From the sequence record LC483177.1: a stretch of DNA of 64,000 bases. One strand, 5' to 3'. Origin of the DNA: Klebsiella phage 05F01. How positions within the stretch are numbered: position 1 is the first letter of the stretch; each line of letters begins with the position of its first letter. Of the stretch, positions 1-9,663 are shown in pieces. The notes under the pieces are model-generated. The model was not told where the DNA came from. It searched no databases and worked only from the letters and a program-made list of their open reading frames with translations. The translations under genes and the position numbers were made by a program.

Positions 1-1
1 A

Positions 2-547
2 GTGGATAAAAAAGGTGATAAAGTTTACTATAACACCAAAAAATCTCGTATCTCTGTCATCTCAACTGAAGGGGCTATTCAACCTCCTCAGAAAGGAACT
101 AAAAACGATTCTAAGCCTACTTCTCAGAAACCACGCGATAACACTGGACAGTTGGTAGGACATGCTGTAGGTGGCGCTGCTACTCTTCGTGAGCGTGGTA
201 ATGAAGTAGACCTGATTGACTTAGCTAAGTTGTTCCATGAAGCTACTTCAGAAGCAAAAGATATCATTGCTAAAGAAAGTTCACTCAATGAGTATGAACT
301 TGGTGCAGGTGTAGGTAACGCTATTAACAGTGCTGCTAAAATTGTTGATATTAACTCAGAAGACCTTAAAGGTGAACTCGTTAATGTAGCAATTGATATC
401 TATCGTAATGTAAGTGTGCCTATGCATGATTTTATTAAATCAGGAACAAAAACCACTGAACTTCCTAAAGTAGAAAAGAAAAAGGAAACTAAACCAGTAA
501 AATCTGAAGAACCTCCAATGGACTTCGATGATGATATTCCGTTTTAA
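2..547 (+). CDS. hypothetical protein, 5-prime end outside the window
   Basis: Open frame from the window edge. It converges on the minus-strand structural genes and is followed by a bidirectional hairpin terminator. Confidence 0.4.
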   Translation: MDKKGDKVYYNTKKSRISVISTEGAIQPPQKGTKNDSKPTSQKPRDNTGQLVGHAVGGAATLRERGNEVDLIDLAKLFHEATSEAKDIIAKESSLNEYELGAGVGNAINSAAKIVDINSEDLKGELVNVAIDIYRNVSVPMHDFIKSGTKTTELPKVEKKKETKPVKSEEPPMDFDDDIPF

Positions 548-557
548 TATAAATAAA

Positions 558-590
558 GGGAGCCTAATGGCTCCCTTTTCTTTTATACTA
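558..590. terminator. bidirectional rho-independent terminator
   Basis: Perfect inverted repeat AGGGAGCC-TAAT-GGCTCCCT followed by a T-run (TTTTCTTTTAT). It sits between convergent genes. Confidence 0.6.
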
Positions 591-882
591 ACTTAGCTCC
601 AGAAAAACTATCAAGAGATAGTAGATAGCTATCAACCTGGCTAAAGATATCTCCGCTATCTGAATTATAATTAAAACTATATGTCTGTAAAAGAGGTGCC
701 TCTATGTTATTTAAAACAGTAGAAACTTGAGCAGTGACAATATTGTCAGCTATTGTCACACTTTTTACAGTGAAAACTGCACTTACTTCAAGGGTCTCTG
801 TCCCTAGCTGGATTCCAAACTCCGGGACTACCTTTAAAACTGAAACTTCTTTATTTAGTGATATTGCCATTACTGTTCCCAT
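583..882 (-). CDS. small protein downstream of the distal tail fibre; possible fibre assembly factor
   Basis: 99-aa ORF immediately after the 572-aa fibre gene, with a short overlap. Assignment is by position only. Confidence 0.3.
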   Translation of the reverse strand: MGTVMAISLNKEVSVLKVVPEFGIQLGTETLEVSAVFTVKSVTIADNIVTAQVSTVLNNIEAPLLQTYSFNYNSDSGDIFSQVDSYLLSLDSFSGAKLV

Positions 883-2588
883 CCAATATTATTACCAGAA
901 TTTCCTGAAATATCTTTATTACTATTTACTGTCCCTGCGCCTATTGCAGGGGAATTAAAACTTAAAGAGATAATTTTAATTGCTTCTTTAAGACCTGCGG
1001 GAGGTACTTTAGGAGGCATAAAATTAAATTCAGGGTCTGTGAAGTAATTAGATTCGGTCGTTACTCCAGGTAAGCTTGGAGTGCTAGACCCCCATTTTTC
1101 AGAATAAAAGATATTATTTGAAAATTTAAACTTAGTCATTAATGCACCAAAAGAGTCCACATCCTTCTGGCTTATTAAACTTGTAGCATTCCTATTTTTC
1201 CAATAGAAAATACAACTATCTACTAACATAGAATTTGCTGTGGTATTATCATCAGTCTGCGGGTTACACGCTAAGATATAATCATTCTCTGTTGAAACAG
1301 TGTCAATAAAAACAATGTTTCTTGCAGTATTATTATAACAATACCTATAGGCCGCTGCTTTTCTCCAGTAGATATCTTCAGACCTTTTTGTTCTTCCTAT
1401 TCCATCGTTATATGATAAAATGTATTCATATACATTATCATAGCAGCCAGCACCATATGTGTAATACAGCGTATATGGGTCTGTACTTAGAGGTGTATAC
1501 CCATGCCCAGAATACCAACTATTTGAGAATGGCCCTTGAATAAACATAAAAGATTTAGCATTGTTGGTTGTATATCCCCAACGCATGACACAATTATTAC
1601 AATGCCAATCAAAATCTAAGGCATACCTGTCCGGCTTACCGGGACCAGATCCATGTACCTCAAAATTTTGTCCTGTAACATAAGAGCACATAGTCATCCA
1701 TAGAGGCACACCATATCTTGCTGTAGTATATCCATAAGGGTCTGTATTAGGGTTATAAACATTAGTTTTATAAGAAGAGTAATATATTCCATCAAAGCCC
1801 GATTCCATATCATCCGTTCTTACGTTTCTATTTTTATTTTTACTAGCACACCCTGCTAATAAAACCCCATAATTTATAATATTAGTAAAAGATACATCTA
1901 TAACTCTAACACCATAACTTTTCTTTTGATCTCCCCTGTATGTCGTAGTATCTGATAAGTGGGGATTACCTCTGACAAATATTCCACAATTAACATGGTC
2001 AGCATATATATCATGTATATATATTTTATGTGCAATATTATTGGCTCCACCATTATCTACAAGTAATAAGATCATAGATATTTCTTTACTTCCTACAGAC
2101 CCACCTATAGACTCAGGTGTACCGATAAAATCTAAATTATAGAATTCTAAATTACATAGATTACTATTTGCAGTATTTCCGTAAGGAACACCATATAAAT
2201 AACCACCGGTAAATTCACCACCGCTAGGTGGTGAGATCTGTAAGTCATGAAAAGCAACATTCATTAAACTAGAATATAAATGTCTTTTATCTAGTCCCAT
2301 AGAAAACCATATTGGTTTTTTCCCTTCCCCATAGGATGTAATATGACTTTGTGTTGTTGATGTGTTATAAAATATTGAGTTTGTTGTCAAATCTTGGTAA
2401 GACCAACTAAATGTTGTTCCTCTTTTTATATAAATAGTATAGGGGAAAGAAACGCCTGATGAAACTAAAGCATCCATACTATTAAATGGGGATTCTTTTG
2501 ATCCATTACCATTGATATTTTGAGATGGATCTACATAATAATAATTCATTTTTCCTCTTAAATTAATGTTGTGTGAACATCTAACCAA
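870..2588 (-). CDS. tail fibre / receptor-binding protein
   Basis: 572 aa, very rich in Tyr/Gly/Asn/Ser. Last large gene of the fibre cluster, with a beta-rich composition typical of receptor-binding tips. Confidence 0.5.
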   Translation of the reverse strand: MVRCSHNINLRGKMNYYYVDPSQNINGNGSKESPFNSMDALVSSGVSFPYTIYIKRGTTFSWSYQDLTTNSIFYNTSTTQSHITSYGEGKKPIWFSMGLDKRHLYSSLMNVAFHDLQISPPSGGEFTGGYLYGVPYGNTANSNLCNLEFYNLDFIGTPESIGGSVGSKEISMILLLVDNGGANNIAHKIYIHDIYADHVNCGIFVRGNPHLSDTTTYRGDQKKSYGVRVIDVSFTNIINYGVLLAGCASKNKNRNVRTDDMESGFDGIYYSSYKTNVYNPNTDPYGYTTARYGVPLWMTMCSYVTGQNFEVHGSGPGKPDRYALDFDWHCNNCVMRWGYTTNNAKSFMFIQGPFSNSWYSGHGYTPLSTDPYTLYYTYGAGCYDNVYEYILSYNDGIGRTKRSEDIYWRKAAAYRYCYNNTARNIVFIDTVSTENDYILACNPQTDDNTTANSMLVDSCIFYWKNRNATSLISQKDVDSFGALMTKFKFSNNIFYSEKWGSSTPSLPGVTTESNYFTDPEFNFMPPKVPPAGLKEAIKIISLSFNSPAIGAGTVNSNKDISGNSGNNIGWEQ

Positions 2589-4282
2589 CTATTCACTGGT
2601 ATATCAACTAAGTTACCTAGGGCTGGAGTAGCTACAGAGCCACTAACTGTATATGTTATAGCTCTAACTTCTATTGTTATAGTTGACCCGGTGTCACTTA
2701 CAATAGTTGCAACTAGTCCCTGTATTCCACCATTAGTAGTCTGAAGTGGAGATTTTATTTTCCATAGGTTACTTGCAGTACCTGTAGTTGCACCAGTTAT
2801 TGTATATGTTCCTTTGGCAGTCTTATTTACTGTAACTAACCCCAAACCAGCATAACCTCTGTTTATCGCAGAATATGTATCATTTTGTAAAAATGAATCT
2901 CTAACAGGACTTTTTGTTGAAGAAGAAATACCGTTTGTAATTCTGACAACAGCTCCTGTTGTTTTAACTATCTCTCCAGTATTAACTGGAACATATGTAT
3001 TAGATGTTAAAGATTTGGCAATATCAATATAAACTATACCACTAGGTTCTGTAGTTAAATAGCTATCCCCTACTTGATTAACAATAACTTTATTACTTCC
3101 GTCTGATGATTTTTTAGCAATTCTTATAGGTATTAATGTAGCACCTTCATTTCTTGTTGCCAACTTGGAATAAACTTTTAGTGTACCATTTGCTGCATCG
3201 TACACATATCCAAAAGAAACTAAATTAGATGTTGTAAATCTATAATCTGAATCATCTCTAAGATTCGTCACCCTCAACACATGTTTTGCTGTATAAGTGT
3301 TTAAAGTAGATACAAAAACATCATTACACTCTATCAAATAGGTATAAATAGATTCAGATAGAGAGCCACCTACTGTATATAACCCTGTAAAGTTTGGCCC
3401 AGAATTAGTTATACCTACCTTAACAGTAAATAACTCTGTCCAGATAACTGAAGAATTTTGAGAAATTGGATTTATGGTGCCTAATAATAGTGGGTCTACA
3501 ATATCTTTTGTAGTGACTACTCTTGGAGAGACTATTTTAGAGTCTTCATAAGGGGGTGCAAAATTAGTATATTGACCTGGCCCAGCAATATACATATCTG
3601 AAGACCCATCGTCTTTAGGGATAAATATTAAACTAGAGTGTAAAGAATCATCTTCTGCCCCTGCAAAAGGAATTCTTAAGATATTCCCATTTAATCCATC
3701 AGTTCCTTGTCCATATAATTCACTAAAAGGTATTGCAACTCTGGATGCAGTAATAATACCATCTTTAACTGAGTAAGTTTGTAGTCTTCCGCGTTCATCA
3801 ATTAGGAGAGAACCTTTATTATTCTCTCCCCCAAAAGTTATCCCTGCGATACCTTTAGGATCTGATGCCCCTTGAATAACTTCGTATTGACCTCTTTGTT
3901 TAATCCTATCAAAAATAGAATTAAAATCACTTCCTACAAGAGACTCCCCTTCAGCAGTAAAGAAATTACCAACATATTGATATCCAATACTACTCCCTAA
4001 TTCTTGATCAGATAAAATTATAGCTTTTTTTAGACTATAAGTTCCTTCATCTGTATTAACTAGGAGTACATCATCAGAGATAGTCCAAGAAGTTGGTGTC
4101 CCTATAGCTTGATCACGATACCAGCAAGTTTGTGTATCTTTATCATATAAAATTGTATATGAATCTACTGCGGTTGAAGTAGATAAATACCCAACTTGTC
4201 TCTTTTTAAGCCCGTATACACGGGCTATTGCTTCTTTATTAGTCTCTTTAGAGACCATTCCTTTTGGTTGTGTTAATTGCAT
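2558..4282 (-). CDS. tail fibre protein
   Basis: 574 aa, Ser/Thr/Gly/Val-rich and repetitive in composition. Lies in the fibre cluster downstream of the baseplate genes. Confidence 0.5.
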   Translation of the reverse strand: MQLTQPKGMVSKETNKEAIARVYGLKKRQVGYLSTSTAVDSYTILYDKDTQTCWYRDQAIGTPTSWTISDDVLLVNTDEGTYSLKKAIILSDQELGSSIGYQYVGNFFTAEGESLVGSDFNSIFDRIKQRGQYEVIQGASDPKGIAGITFGGENNKGSLLIDERGRLQTYSVKDGIITASRVAIPFSELYGQGTDGLNGNILRIPFAGAEDDSLHSSLIFIPKDDGSSDMYIAGPGQYTNFAPPYEDSKIVSPRVVTTKDIVDPLLLGTINPISQNSSVIWTELFTVKVGITNSGPNFTGLYTVGGSLSESIYTYLIECNDVFVSTLNTYTAKHVLRVTNLRDDSDYRFTTSNLVSFGYVYDAANGTLKVYSKLATRNEGATLIPIRIAKKSSDGSNKVIVNQVGDSYLTTEPSGIVYIDIAKSLTSNTYVPVNTGEIVKTTGAVVRITNGISSSTKSPVRDSFLQNDTYSAINRGYAGLGLVTVNKTAKGTYTITGATTGTASNLWKIKSPLQTTNGGIQGLVATIVSDTGSTITIEVRAITYTVSGSVATPALGNLVDIPVNSWLDVHTTLI

Positions 4283-4469
4283 TAGTCTTTTTCCTTCAAC
4301 TTAAAATCTATTGCTTGAGAAATTGAACACCCTGTAGAAAATAGGTCGATCCAATCTCCTTTATAACTAGTGTCAATGTCCAAAGATTTTGATTTTGCTT
4401 CTGTAACTAGGTCATCAAACCAAGACTCAAAAGCCGGATTTTGTAACTCTTCCATTATTTCTCCTATAA

Positions 4470-6707
4470 TTATGGGTATAAAGTAATCCTACTTTTTCTC
4501 TCTATCCCATCAACATTAGTTAGTGTCACAGTTAAAAGTGTACCATCTGAACTTAGGCTCCAGTTCACTATTACTCCAGTTGCAGCACTATCCGTCCCAA
4601 TTCTAGTAGTAGTAGCTACAGTCTTCCCTACCCACTGAGATACAGATCTACCTGCTTCATATCTAAAAATTAGAGGCATATCTAAGATATCATAAGAGCC
4701 TGTACTTAACCGACATTCCACTTTTAGCAATCTTTCAAGTATGGCACCATATTGTACTGGGCCAGAGAAATCATCTACAGGTATTGACAAACTAAAAGAT
4801 GCCTTAGCACCTACAGTAGGTGCTAAGGTACTCTGTTTCATATCAATACAACTTCGTAAAAATTGAACCTGAGAGTTTCCTGTTGTAATACGGTCGTTAA
4901 TTCCTCTATTACCCCTGATAACCGCAGATGGAGTCAATTTTACATTTTCTACTTGTGTAACAAAACCAGACATATCTGAACCAGCAATAGTAACCTTAGG
5001 AGTACCAGAACCGGAGTAGGTAAGGCTAAACGACGGGGAGATAGTACCAGTACCATCATCGTTAGCACCAGAACCTGTTTTTACACCATTAATAATGATC
5101 TCACCATTATCGATTAGGTGAACATGCGAAGAATAGTTATCCCCTAGAGTAACAGAAGCACCACTACGACGGAGAACAAGATCGCTTAAGATAAGAGAAC
5201 CTGTACCTGAAACGACTACTCCTGCACTCCCTGCTCTATCTATCAGATCTCCAGATACTATGTTCTGAATAGCATTATAGACGTAAATATTATATGTTGT
5301 ATTCCATTCGATACGGTTATCTGCAAAGTTATTGTTATTAGCTCCAGTTAAAAGAGCAATACCCCTATTATTTGCATTCATTACACAACCAATTACACTA
5401 GAGTCTATAAGATTTTTTACTGCATCCCCGCAAGCAGAAACAGAACATCTAAGGGCAAATAGTGTACCTGTGTAGTTATTCCATCCTAAGCCAACAGCAA
5501 ACCTATATATTCCACATTCTTCAAATCTTGTTCCATTAAATTGAGTGCTGGAAGATGTAGAATAAAGTAATTGTGTGGTTTTATCCCTACCATCAAAATT
5601 TATCCCCCTAAAAATGTGCCTTCCAGTCGAAATAAACGGGGCTGGAGCGCCTGTAGCTGTTCTCCATGTTATTCCTGTCCCTGTGAACGAAGAGTCTGAA
5701 GAGATAGTGTAAGGTCTTCTAGAAGAATTTCCCCATAAAACAAAACCAAGAGGGAGTGTTGCAAGGTTTGATCCTGATGTATAAATCCCTACTGCCCAAG
5801 GTATACGTAAAGACATCTCCCCAGCGCTTATTGCAGACGCTAATGCATAGTCAACATTAACTTCTGCACCACTAGATGTGGTTATTGTTTGGATATCCTG
5901 CGCAGTCATATAATCAAAAATGGTTCTCTCTAAAACTTGCTTCAACTTAGCGGAACCAGATGAAATATTCACAGTAGATAATGTCTCAAAATTATTATCT
6001 AAACTTTGTAATCTATCCTCGACTGAAGACCCATCAGAGGTTCCTATAATATCTGCCGCTGTAGATGTAGCTAAACTATTATACGTTACATAGTTAGTTT
6101 CAGGGTCACCTTCTTCAACTTTACCTAAATAACAGAAGAGGATATCTGGATATTCTGCATCAGGCTCTATTTCCAATGGAGAGGTAAAATGTATTACACT
6201 ATCAGTAATAGTATAATCTTTTGTGGCGGTTAAAACAACGCCATTATACACAACTATAGCAGTGTCAAATGTGTATGGAGGACTAACAGAGGTCTGCTGT
6301 TGGCTGATCTCAACATACCAAGGATAGACTTCTGCTGGTGTAGAGCGAGAAACTGGAGTATATAAAACCCAATTATCATCACCTACTGGAGTACTTCCTA
6401 AAGAAACAGGGTTTTCTGTCGTGGCACTTGGTGCATAATACCAACCATTAACTACTTCATCATCATAAAAATAGTAAAGTTGATTAAATACTGTAGATGT
6501 CCCTCCGCTAACCCACCTAATCGGTGTTTTGAAGAAAAAATTATCTACTAGTGCTTTTCTAACAGAAGGGATATCACCATTTTCTGTTTCAATAGTAGTA
6601 GTTGCATCACCATTAATTACATTATGTAGTTGGTTAGATGCAAAGATAGAAAGTTCCACTGCCTGTTCAAAGGTAGTAGCAGGATATGTTGGAAATGTAG
6701 TCGCCAT
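4470..6707 (-). CDS. tail fibre / tailspike protein with beta-helix-like repeats
   Basis: 745 aa. Repeated N/G/S-rich stretches (NNRGIALLTGANNNNFADNRIEW...) resemble parallel beta-helix coils of tailspikes. Confidence 0.5.
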   Translation of the reverse strand: MATTFPTYPATTFEQAVELSIFASNQLHNVINGDATTTIETENGDIPSVRKALVDNFFFKTPIRWVSGGTSTVFNQLYYFYDDEVVNGWYYAPSATTENPVSLGSTPVGDDNWVLYTPVSRSTPAEVYPWYVEISQQQTSVSPPYTFDTAIVVYNGVVLTATKDYTITDSVIHFTSPLEIEPDAEYPDILFCYLGKVEEGDPETNYVTYNSLATSTAADIIGTSDGSSVEDRLQSLDNNFETLSTVNISSGSAKLKQVLERTIFDYMTAQDIQTITTSSGAEVNVDYALASAISAGEMSLRIPWAVGIYTSGSNLATLPLGFVLWGNSSRRPYTISSDSSFTGTGITWRTATGAPAPFISTGRHIFRGINFDGRDKTTQLLYSTSSSTQFNGTRFEECGIYRFAVGLGWNNYTGTLFALRCSVSACGDAVKNLIDSSVIGCVMNANNRGIALLTGANNNNFADNRIEWNTTYNIYVYNAIQNIVSGDLIDRAGSAGVVVSGTGSLILSDLVLRRSGASVTLGDNYSSHVHLIDNGEIIINGVKTGSGANDDGTGTISPSFSLTYSGSGTPKVTIAGSDMSGFVTQVENVKLTPSAVIRGNRGINDRITTGNSQVQFLRSCIDMKQSTLAPTVGAKASFSLSIPVDDFSGPVQYGAILERLLKVECRLSTGSYDILDMPLIFRYEAGRSVSQWVGKTVATTTRIGTDSAATGVIVNWSLSSDGTLLTVTLTNVDGIERKSRITLYP

Positions 6708-6710
6708 TTA

Positions 6711-7076
6711 TTATCCCTTTTTTATAGATTTAGAAACATCTTCTAACATGACTCTGATTGTTTCATTTTTAAGATCGATTATTCTCTCTATCTTGTTTTC
6801 TAGAGAGACATTATTCTGTGCTAACGTTGCATTAATTTGATTTAGTAATTGTGCCAACTCAGCTTTAGTGGCGTATGTGGCTTCTACATGAGAGAGTTTT
6901 TTATCTAATTGTCTGGTTATTTCTTCTAGTTCCTCTGAAGAATCTTCCAAACTTTTAATTTTCTCATTAAAAAAGTACCATATCAATCCCATTAGGGGTA
7001 ATATAACTTCTTTGGCTATTGACCATATGTCTTCTAAGTTCATTGACACGTTACCTCCATTGGGTATATGGGCCAC
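6711..7076 (-). CDS. hypothetical coiled-coil protein
   Basis: 121 aa with heptad-like Leu/Glu/Lys pattern, located between fibre genes. Confidence 0.3.
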   Translation of the reverse strand: MAHIPNGGNVSMNLEDIWSIAKEVILPLMGLIWYFFNEKIKSLEDSSEELEEITRQLDKKLSHVEATYATKAELAQLLNQINATLAQNNVSLENKIERIIDLKNETIRVMLEDVSKSIKKG

Positions 7077-7549
7077 TTAATGTTCAGTGGGTAATTTTTA
7101 GAATCTTTTGCTTTTCTTAATTCTACAAGATATTCTTTTATCTTTCTTATATCTTCCATGTCACTTTCAGTATTAAAACCTAAAGTATCCATAGCTTTTA
7201 TCTCGGTTATGTGGTCTATTGCTCTTCTTTTTAAACGTAAGTATTTTTTATCACAAATATCTTTATGTTTCTCTAAGTCCTTTATCAATATACTGGAGTA
7301 TTTGTCAACAAAATAAGAACTTTCTGTTTCTACAGTAAAAATATTATCTATACAAAGGATGGATACAACCTGACCATAGCTTAAAGATAGATCTTCACCT
7401 GAATTTTTAACCTCAAGGATTGTTCCATCTTCGGTTGAGTAGAGGACTTTATTTTCATATCTAAGGAGGCTTCTCACCTCCTTTGTATAGGAGATATCTA
7501 CATAATTTATGTTATGTTGTCTCATAATAAGGAACTTCCCCTGAACCAT
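7040..7549 (-). CDS. hypothetical protein
   Basis: 169-aa ORF in the fibre/baseplate cluster with consistent strand and spacing. Confidence 0.3.
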   Translation of the reverse strand: MVQGKFLIMRQHNINYVDISYTKEVRSLLRYENKVLYSTEDGTILEVKNSGEDLSLSYGQVVSILCIDNIFTVETESSYFVDKYSSILIKDLEKHKDICDKKYLRLKRRAIDHITEIKAMDTLGFNTESDMEDIRKIKEYLVELRKAKDSKNYPLNIKWPIYPMEVTCQ

Positions 7550-8006
7550 CTGTATTGATATAGGCCCTTAAAGCTATTCTATAAGATGTAAGTTGTGATT
7601 TAATATCTAATAACTTATCCTCTGAATAGTCTGAATAGTCTTTATCTTCTATCATGTAGCCATATTCAGTTAATTCATTTGTAGTTGTATAATAAAGAGA
7701 TTTCGCTTTTTCAAGTCTACTTTTTTTATCTAGAACAACTTGTTCAGCTTTTTGTTCTTCTGATTGTATCCAAGTCTTTGTATCTGTATCAAAGGAATAT
7801 AGAATTGATGGTCTAGCATCATCAGATACAGTTAGTGTGTCTTCTGATAGATAGACAAAATACCCCTCATTTATCTTTGATAAGTAGTCAATCCAAGACT
7901 TTTCATCTATTGTAACTAAGTCAGAGGGAAGCGTTGAGTACTCAAGTTCCTCACTGTAAAATGCTTGATTTTTTGGACTAAATAACATATTATCTCCCGA
8001 TTGCAA
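7512..8006 (-). CDS. hypothetical protein
   Basis: 164-aa ORF, co-directional and tightly packed with its neighbours. Confidence 0.3.
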   Translation of the reverse strand: MQSGDNMLFSPKNQAFYSEELEYSTLPSDLVTIDEKSWIDYLSKINEGYFVYLSEDTLTVSDDARPSILYSFDTDTKTWIQSEEQKAEQVVLDKKSRLEKAKSLYYTTTNELTEYGYMIEDKDYSDYSEDKLLDIKSQLTSYRIALRAYINTDGSGEVPYYETT

Positions 8007-9018
8007 TCCAGTAACATGGTTGTGCTACACCAAAGTCTTGCCCTGAGTTGCTATCACCCCATAGATTAAAACCTGTAGTAGTGCCATTCACACAAGCTAA
8101 AACTGTAATATTACCAGTAGATAAGTTCATTTGATTCAACTTAGGATTAGCACTAATAGAGTATACAGTATTAGGGAAAGTTATAGGAAATGTAACAGAT
8201 GCCGATGTTTGAGCAACACGAGATGTTGTTGGAAGTGTTACGGAACCCCACTGAATGATAGTTCCGGTATTTACATCTTTCCAATAACCATTAGCTGCAA
8301 ATGACGCAGTACTTTTAGAATCAATATATGATCTTAGTGTGCTATCTAATGTACTAATGTTACTGCTGATTTTGTTATCTACATAATCCTTTCGTGTAAG
8401 ATCTGCACTATCTGTCCCCTGTGTGCTTCTTGAACGTGGTGAAGTTAGTTCTACTCTTCCGTTGTATAAAACTATTTCAGCGGTTTTTGCAGTTGGAGTT
8501 CCTTTATAGATAGTAATAACATCGCCTGAACGACCCCAGGCGAAAGAACCTTTTTGCACATTACTATTTGCTTGGTCATATATTCGATAATCAAAATTCT
8601 GACCTGCTGGTGCATATCCGTACATATTCTGTAAAGCCCCAAATCCACCTCCGCTATCCCTTTTAACTAAAGTATTCACTATAGGATTAGATGTTGCAGC
8701 ATTTAGAGTTGCTGATGATAACTCAACTGATGTTGCACTATCACCATTCCATGTAGCAGTTCCAGTAATATCTCCTGTGAAAGATAGGGATGTACCATTT
8801 ATTGGTAAATATGTAGGTAAAGCCTCTTCATTTAAGTAATAAATCCACTGGTACATGTTATTAAACAGCCAGTTGAATTCTTCTGCACTTGGTATTTGAC
8901 CTTTATCCCAGCCGATTTCTCTTAGCGTAGTTTTAGGTCTTATTTTATTTGTTTGATCTGTGTTAGGAAGTGTGGTATCTTCCGTTGCCCATAGAGGGTA
9001 ATATGTAGGTTGTGCCAT
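7990..9018 (-). CDS. tail fibre / baseplate-attached fibre protein
   Basis: 342 aa, Thr/Ser/Asn/Gly-rich. Follows the baseplate I-like gene, as gpH does in P2-type order. Confidence 0.4.
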   Translation of the reverse strand: MAQPTYYPLWATEDTTLPNTDQTNKIRPKTTLREIGWDKGQIPSAEEFNWLFNNMYQWIYYLNEEALPTYLPINGTSLSFTGDITGTATWNGDSATSVELSSATLNAATSNPIVNTLVKRDSGGGFGALQNMYGYAPAGQNFDYRIYDQANSNVQKGSFAWGRSGDVITIYKGTPTAKTAEIVLYNGRVELTSPRSRSTQGTDSADLTRKDYVDNKISSNISTLDSTLRSYIDSKSTASFAANGYWKDVNTGTIIQWGSVTLPTTSRVAQTSASVTFPITFPNTVYSISANPKLNQMNLSTGNITVLACVNGTTTGFNLWGDSNSGQDFGVAQPCYWIAIGR

Positions 9019-9027
9019 CTCATTTCC

Positions 9028-9663
9028 TTAACTCGTTGCATATAGAAGGGATGCTAATCTACCACCTTCAGTAGGTTCACCTGAGTCTGTATCAAAGTAA
9101 GAACCTAATCCTGTTAAAAAATCTGTATCATTATCATCATAATAAGATCCAAACATCAAAGGTGTGCCACCTTTTGATAGTAATCTGTAAGATGATACTA
9201 CGGGGAAAACTTTGATAAGTTCGTCTACAGAATTTGCACCATTTAAACACATAGTGTAAAATGCAATATCAAATGACTTATTTCTTCCAACATATGTGTC
9301 AACATCTGTTGTTTCTGTTCCAGTAAATCGACTAAACAAATCTATTATGTCTGGTCTAGTGCCATTTGTAGTTACTCTGTATGCCCTTATTTGAAGAAGT
9401 GCTCTATACTCTTCATCTGTAGAATCTTCCCTATCAACACCAAGCTCTTGTCCTATGACATCTAAATAAGCACCAGTAGCGGTGCTTATAAGTCTATATT
9501 TAGCCATGTAGATCATTGCTTGGTCAATTATCTGTTTTTGAGAAGACATAATATATGTAACTTTAACTATATTTTCAGAGGACTTAAAGTCCTCTATAAG
9601 TAAGTTTTTTACATCAGAGTTAATGTTTTCCCAAACTGTTACGTGGTCTACACTATTAGCCAT
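9028..9663 (-). CDS. baseplate protein (gpI-like position)
   Basis: 211 aa. Start/stop overlap (ATGA) with the upstream J-like gene indicates translational coupling. Confidence 0.35.
   Translation of the reverse strand: MANSVDHVTVWENINSDVKNLLIEDFKSSENIVKVTYIMSSQKQIIDQAMIYMAKYRLISTATGAYLDVIGQELGVDREDSTDEEYRALLQIRAYRVTTNGTRPDIIDLFSRFTGTETTDVDTYVGRNKSFDIAFYTMCLNGANSVDELIKVFPVVSSYRLLSKGGTPLMFGSYYDDNDTDFLTGLGSYFDTDSGEPTEGGRLASLLYATS

Noticed and set aside
734-1543. Plus-strand ORFs 734-958 and 1322-1543 inside or antisense to the tail-fibre genes
   Set aside because: They are antisense to long, well-supported minus-strand genes and have no RBS and low complexity. Similar antisense ORFs (6529-6840, 10195-10401, 18313-18588, 23386-23592, 27687-28023, 36458-36779, 47649-48191, 52340-52675 and others) were rejected for the same reason.
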